From: Camelus dromedarius
Lineage: Eukaryota
Length of the DNA stretch: 64,000 nt
Reading direction: 5' to 3'
Assembly: GCF_036321535.1 (NCBI RefSeq)
Contig: NC_087437.1
Span: 57,352,001-57,416,000 of the forward strand
This document shows positions 61,610 through 64,000 of the stretch, piece after piece. The notes under the pieces were generated by a model, which searched no databases, was not told the DNA's origin, and saw nothing but the letters and a program-made list of their open reading frames with translations. The translations under genes and the position numbers were made by a program. Within the stretch, counting starts at the first letter, position 1. Each line of letters begins with the position of its first letter.

Positions 61610-62010
61610 CAGTTTCCCCCGCTATTGGAAATCAGACTGTTCTATGAAACCTTTTGTAAGCTGAAATGGTATAAAGTGAATAAACAATTACCTTGGGGTA
61701 GTTCGCTTACATCTCCCTAACAGATACACAAAACAAATGCGGATAAAGCACAGAAGCTCACAGACACAGTTCAAAGCCATGTCAGCCTGATGCTGAGACG
61801 CTGAGTGTAGTTCCTGGGCAAGGAGCTTGGCGGTGCCGTTCTTTCTGCCGGCTGCAAAACAAACACTCAACACAATTTTTGCTTTTTGCCTTTTATTGTA
61901 AAAATGAAAACCTTCAGATTTCTCTCTGTTAGCAAAAACAGAAACTAATGTAGGTCTTTCTTAAAAGCAAAGAGGCATAAAACAAACTTTCAGAAAGTGG
62001 AAGATACCTG
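61610..62010. mobile_element. TcMar-Tigger MITE nested in L1MC
   Basis: Imperfect TIRs CAGTTTCCCCCGCTATTGGAAA / TTTCAGAAAGTGGAAGATACCTG; the L1MC sequence rejoins across it. Confidence 0.75.
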
Positions 62011-64000
62011 CACTGTGATCAGGGGTTTTGTAGAGTGTCTCTCAATTGGGATTTGTGGGCTGTATTTCTCCTGATTAGACTGGGGTTCTGGGATTTTAAA
62101 AGGAAGATCACTGAAGAAAAGCACCATTTACATGATATTATCAAGAGTACATCTTATCAGCCTGTTTATCAGTGATCAAGTAACCCACTGGACTACGTGG
62201 ATGAGGTGGTGTGTGTCAGCTTTCTCCATTTTAATGTTACTCTCTCCCCACCCTACGCTGTACTCTTTAGGAGGAAGACACTATGTGCAGGCCAGACTTA
62301 GGATGTGGGGAGCTAAGCTCCATCTCTTAAAGGCCAAGTTCCTACATAAATTATTTGGACTTCTTCTGCAAGGCATATTTGTCTTCTCTCTACCATTTAT
62401 TTTTATTGAATCATTTATCTATGTCATTATTAACTCAGAAATATTAATTGTACACTTTGGTTTCTAATCTACTACTACTTTATTGTGCTTCTCAAACTGT
62501 TCCAGATTTGGCCACTGGAAGTGCTTCCAGTTGGTTCCCGTGTCCTTTTGGCTTATCACTATCATTGTTTTGTTTTGTTTCGTTTTGTTTTTGAGCATGT
62601 CCTTACTACCTGGCACCGCAAGATGCTCCAGGTCCCTATTGTGTATTTCCTGCCCCAACCCTAGAATCAGTCATTCCTCTAAGGGACCCTTTCATCGGAT
62701 AATGGTATTAGAAATCATAGTCAGGGCACTAAGGGTGCTCATTGCTACAAAGGGGATAATTTCTCTTATATCAACTGACACAGCAAGGAGCTGTATGTGT
62801 GTACTCGAACCTTGTATATATGCATATCTGCACATATTTCTATGCTTAAGCATGTGTGCATACAGTCAGTCAAACATGAGTTTATACTGATGTTTCTGAC
62901 TCTGACTGATTACCATGTGAATCATTCTAGCTTCTCGCTGCTTCTCTGTACCCTCTGCTCCAAAAGCAAAACATCTGGCACTTGTCATCTATCATCCATT
63001 CACTTAATTGTTCATCTCCAGTATAATGTAAACCATTTCCTAACTGGTAAACCACGTCCCCATGGGAAACAACTTTTATCAACCAAAATACAGCTTATAT
63101 TCAGGTTCTTTTGCCTTTGGTCTTACAGACTCCACTCATTTCCAAAGTCACTTAGGTCAACACTTTCTCCCCACCTTTCACACCTTTCAGTGAGGTTGAT
63201 TCATATACTTTTAATACATGTAGATTGTTTCATCACATTCTTCATTACATCCTAGGATTCCCTAACCTCATAAATGATTTTTTATATTTGCATATTTTAA
63301 GGTATATTGTTTGTGTGTAACGTTCTGTGGTTTTGGACAAAGGCGTAAGATCTCGTATCAACCATTACAGTATCATTCAGAATAGATTCACCACCCTAAG
63401 AAATACTCTGCCTTTCATCTTTTCAACCCCCTCCCCCACCAAACCCCAGCAGTTACCTATCTTTTTACCATCTCTATACTTTTGCTTTTTCCAAAATGAA
63501 GTATAATTTTAATTATGCAATTTTTAGCCTTTTTAGACTGACTTTCAGAGTAAATGGGGCTACAGAATATTATAGAGACAAAATGTGAGCGTATAATTAA
63601 ATGAAAATTTCTGCATAATGAACAGTAAATATATGGATGAAATAATTCTTACTGTTTTATTCCCTTCACTTGGCCATGGGCATATAGGCATATAGGCAAC
63701 AAAAGTGAATTAAAATGTTTGGTAATTTTCTTCAAGTCCAGGAATAAAAGATAGAAAATGGCCAGAAAGAAATGCAATGACAGGCACACAAGAGCCCACA
63801 TTAGTGGTTTCATAGGTAAAATTTTGCCATATCTGTTTCAGAATTCTTTCCTTTTATAAAGAAAATAATTTAAAACGGACATAGCTAAAGTATTGCCTCT
63901 TCATCTGTTCTCCTTCCCTTCTTCTCCTAAGGTATAAATTTATCTCGAGCTTTTATCATTCTCATATATGTTTTAGACTTATGCTTCATATGCACGTAGT

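Larger units (their letters stand above)
61120..63545 (-). mobile_element. Old L1 (L1MC1/2-like) long 3' UTR, interrupted by a SINE and a Tigger MITE
   Basis: TTAGAACAGTTCTAGACTTACAGAAAAATT; TTCCTTGTTTTTGATGACCTGACAGTTTTGAGG; TTCCAGATTTGGCCACTGGAAG; CCATTACAGTATCATTCAGAATAG. Confidence 0.85.

Noticed and set aside
62132..63255. Run of three 111-152 aa ORFs
   Set aside because: Antisense to the L1MC 3' UTR; low-complexity hydrophobic composition.
1..64000. A novel multi-gene biological system
   Set aside because: No intact genes, operon-like structure or unexplained periodic array was seen; the content is explained by known mammalian repeat classes plus non-coding DNA.

Overview
AT-rich, repeat-dense eutherian genomic DNA that looks intergenic or deep intronic. 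I found no supportable protein-coding exon, RNA gene, CRISPR array or prokaryotic system. Four tRNA-derived SINEs (GGGGAGGG.ATAGCTCAGTGG.AGAG...GGTTCAATCCCCAGTACCTCC) and the young L1 3' UTRs resemble camelid families, so the source is probably alpaca, llama or camel (inference). The window holds L1 fragments of several ages, L2, MIR, CR1/L3, MaLR and ERVL LTRs (MLT1, LTR16, LTR41), hAT and Tigger MITEs, and a decayed ERV-L pol fossil (RNase H, integrase, dUTPase) with a probable 3' LTR. Most ORFs in the track are chance or repeat-derived. The most notable items are: an ancient L1 tail nested inside a young SINE (52.1-52.3 kb); a CTCF motif carried by an LTR41 (15.35 kb); and a repeat-poor GC-richer regulatory block at 57.8-59.4 kb with a perfect DR1 element and an NF-Y/RFX/SP1 promoter-like module. 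Repeat subfamily names come from recalled consensus sequences, not a database search, and boundaries of old repeats are approximate.
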